Source of the DNA: a virus
Taxonomy: Duplodnaviria; Caudoviricetes
IMG/VR virus record: IMGVR_UViG_3300044210_000067
Location: 1-43,350 of that record
Length of the DNA: 43,350 nucleotides
Strand: one strand, 5' to 3'
In this document: positions 42,823-43,350 of the stretch, piece by piece
How positions within the stretch are numbered: the first letter of the stretch is position 1
How the letters are laid out: every line of letters starts with the position of its first letter
Notes under the pieces: generated by a model
What the model was told of the DNA's origin: nothing
The model's input: only the letters and a program-made list of their open reading frames with translations
Databases searched by the model: none
Position numbers and translations under genes: made by a program

Positions 42823-43350
42823 ATGGCAAATCCCGTAAGCATTCGCGATAAACCGTTTGGAACGCTTTGGACCTCTATCTTTGGCACAGGTCCTACCGGG
42901 CCATCCGTTATTGGCTTCACTGGCCCCCAAGGAGACACTGGTATACAAGGGGCAACCGGTGTACAAGGGGCAACCGGTGTACAAGGGGCCACTGGTATAC
43001 AAGGTCAGACGGGGCCTGCAGGTGGACCCCAGGGATCACCTGGTGGAACTGGTCCTCAGGGGGCCACTGGCTTACAGGGGGCCACTGGTGTCCAGGGGTT
43101 AACTGGTCCTCAGGGGGCCACTGGTGCTCAGGGGTCGACAGGTCCTCAAGGTGCTACCGGTGTACAAGGTATTCAAGGCACGCCTGGTGTGACAGGTCCT
43201 CAGGGGGCCACTGGTGTACAGGGTGCCACTGGTGTTCAAGGAGCCACCGGTGTACAAGGTCAGACAGGTCCTCAAGGGGCCACCGGTGTACAGGGAGCCA
43301 CTGGTGTTCAAGGAGCCACTGGGCCGCAAGGAGTTACAGGCGTACAGGGT
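42823..43350 (+). CDS. Collagen-like (Gly-X-Y) fibre protein, 3'-truncated by the window; absent from the supplied ORF track
   Basis: ATG 42823 behind GGAAGGGAG. Reads [26 protein letters not shown]...[22 protein letters not shown]... and stays open to the window end. Confidence 0.9.
   Translation, partial: MANPVSIRDKPFGTLWTSIFGTGPTGPSVIGFTGPQGDTGIQGATGVQGATGVQGATGIQGQTGPAGGPQGSPGGTGPQGATGLQGATGVQGLTGPQGATGAQGSTGPQGATGVQGIQGTPGVTGPQGATGVQGATGVQGATGVQGQTGPQGATGVQGATGVQGATGPQGVTGVQG

Larger units (their letters stand above)
1..43350. mobile_element. Segment of a large tailed bacteriophage genome (replication module followed by head morphogenesis module)
   Basis: Terminase, portal, protease, scaffold and capsid genes in canonical order. 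Densely packed co-oriented ORFs, many of them hypothetical, with multiple inteins and homing-type nucleases. No host housekeeping operons. Confidence 0.93.

Noticed and set aside
42547-43329. Several short repetitive ORFs in the track (42547-, 42789-, 42857+, 43099-)
   Set aside because: Shadows of the real collagen frame starting at 42823.
1-43350. Alternative genetic code (stop-codon reassignment) as seen in some large phages
   Set aside because: Standard-code ORFs tile the window densely, and TAA, TAG and TGA all end genes at sensible boundaries.

Overview
The whole window reads as part of a large tailed-phage (Caudoviricetes-like) genome, almost entirely on the + strand, with no rRNA, tRNA or CRISPR array visible. 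Bases 1-7.9 kb are a replication/transcription block: beta-clamp-like protein, SbcC/Rad50 C-terminal half, TOPRIM primase, DnaX, a NusG paralog, a 5'-3' exonuclease and a tandem sigma-region-4 protein. Bases 10.6-36.3 kb are a head morphogenesis block: terminase with one intein, portal with four inteins, putative prohead protease, poly-Q scaffold, decoration protein and major capsid protein. Accessory genes follow (2H phosphoesterase, Zn-ribbon membrane protein), then a collagen-like fibre gene that runs off the end. The most notable observations are: (1) two paralogous Zn-ribbon + Vsr/DUF559-type nuclease + Mom-like GNAT fusion genes, a candidate single-gene cut-and-hypermodify mobile element; (2) an 85-aa protein that copies the N-terminus of the major capsid protein onto a Zn finger; (3) a portal gene that is about 75% intein, with two sister inteins only 12 residues apart; (4) a YGTA-N9-ATG leaderless-promoter motif marking accessory genes, versus a CTTTT motif before structural genes; (5) recurrent [K/R]-x-A motifs in head-region proteins. 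All calls come from reading motifs by eye; no database search was run.
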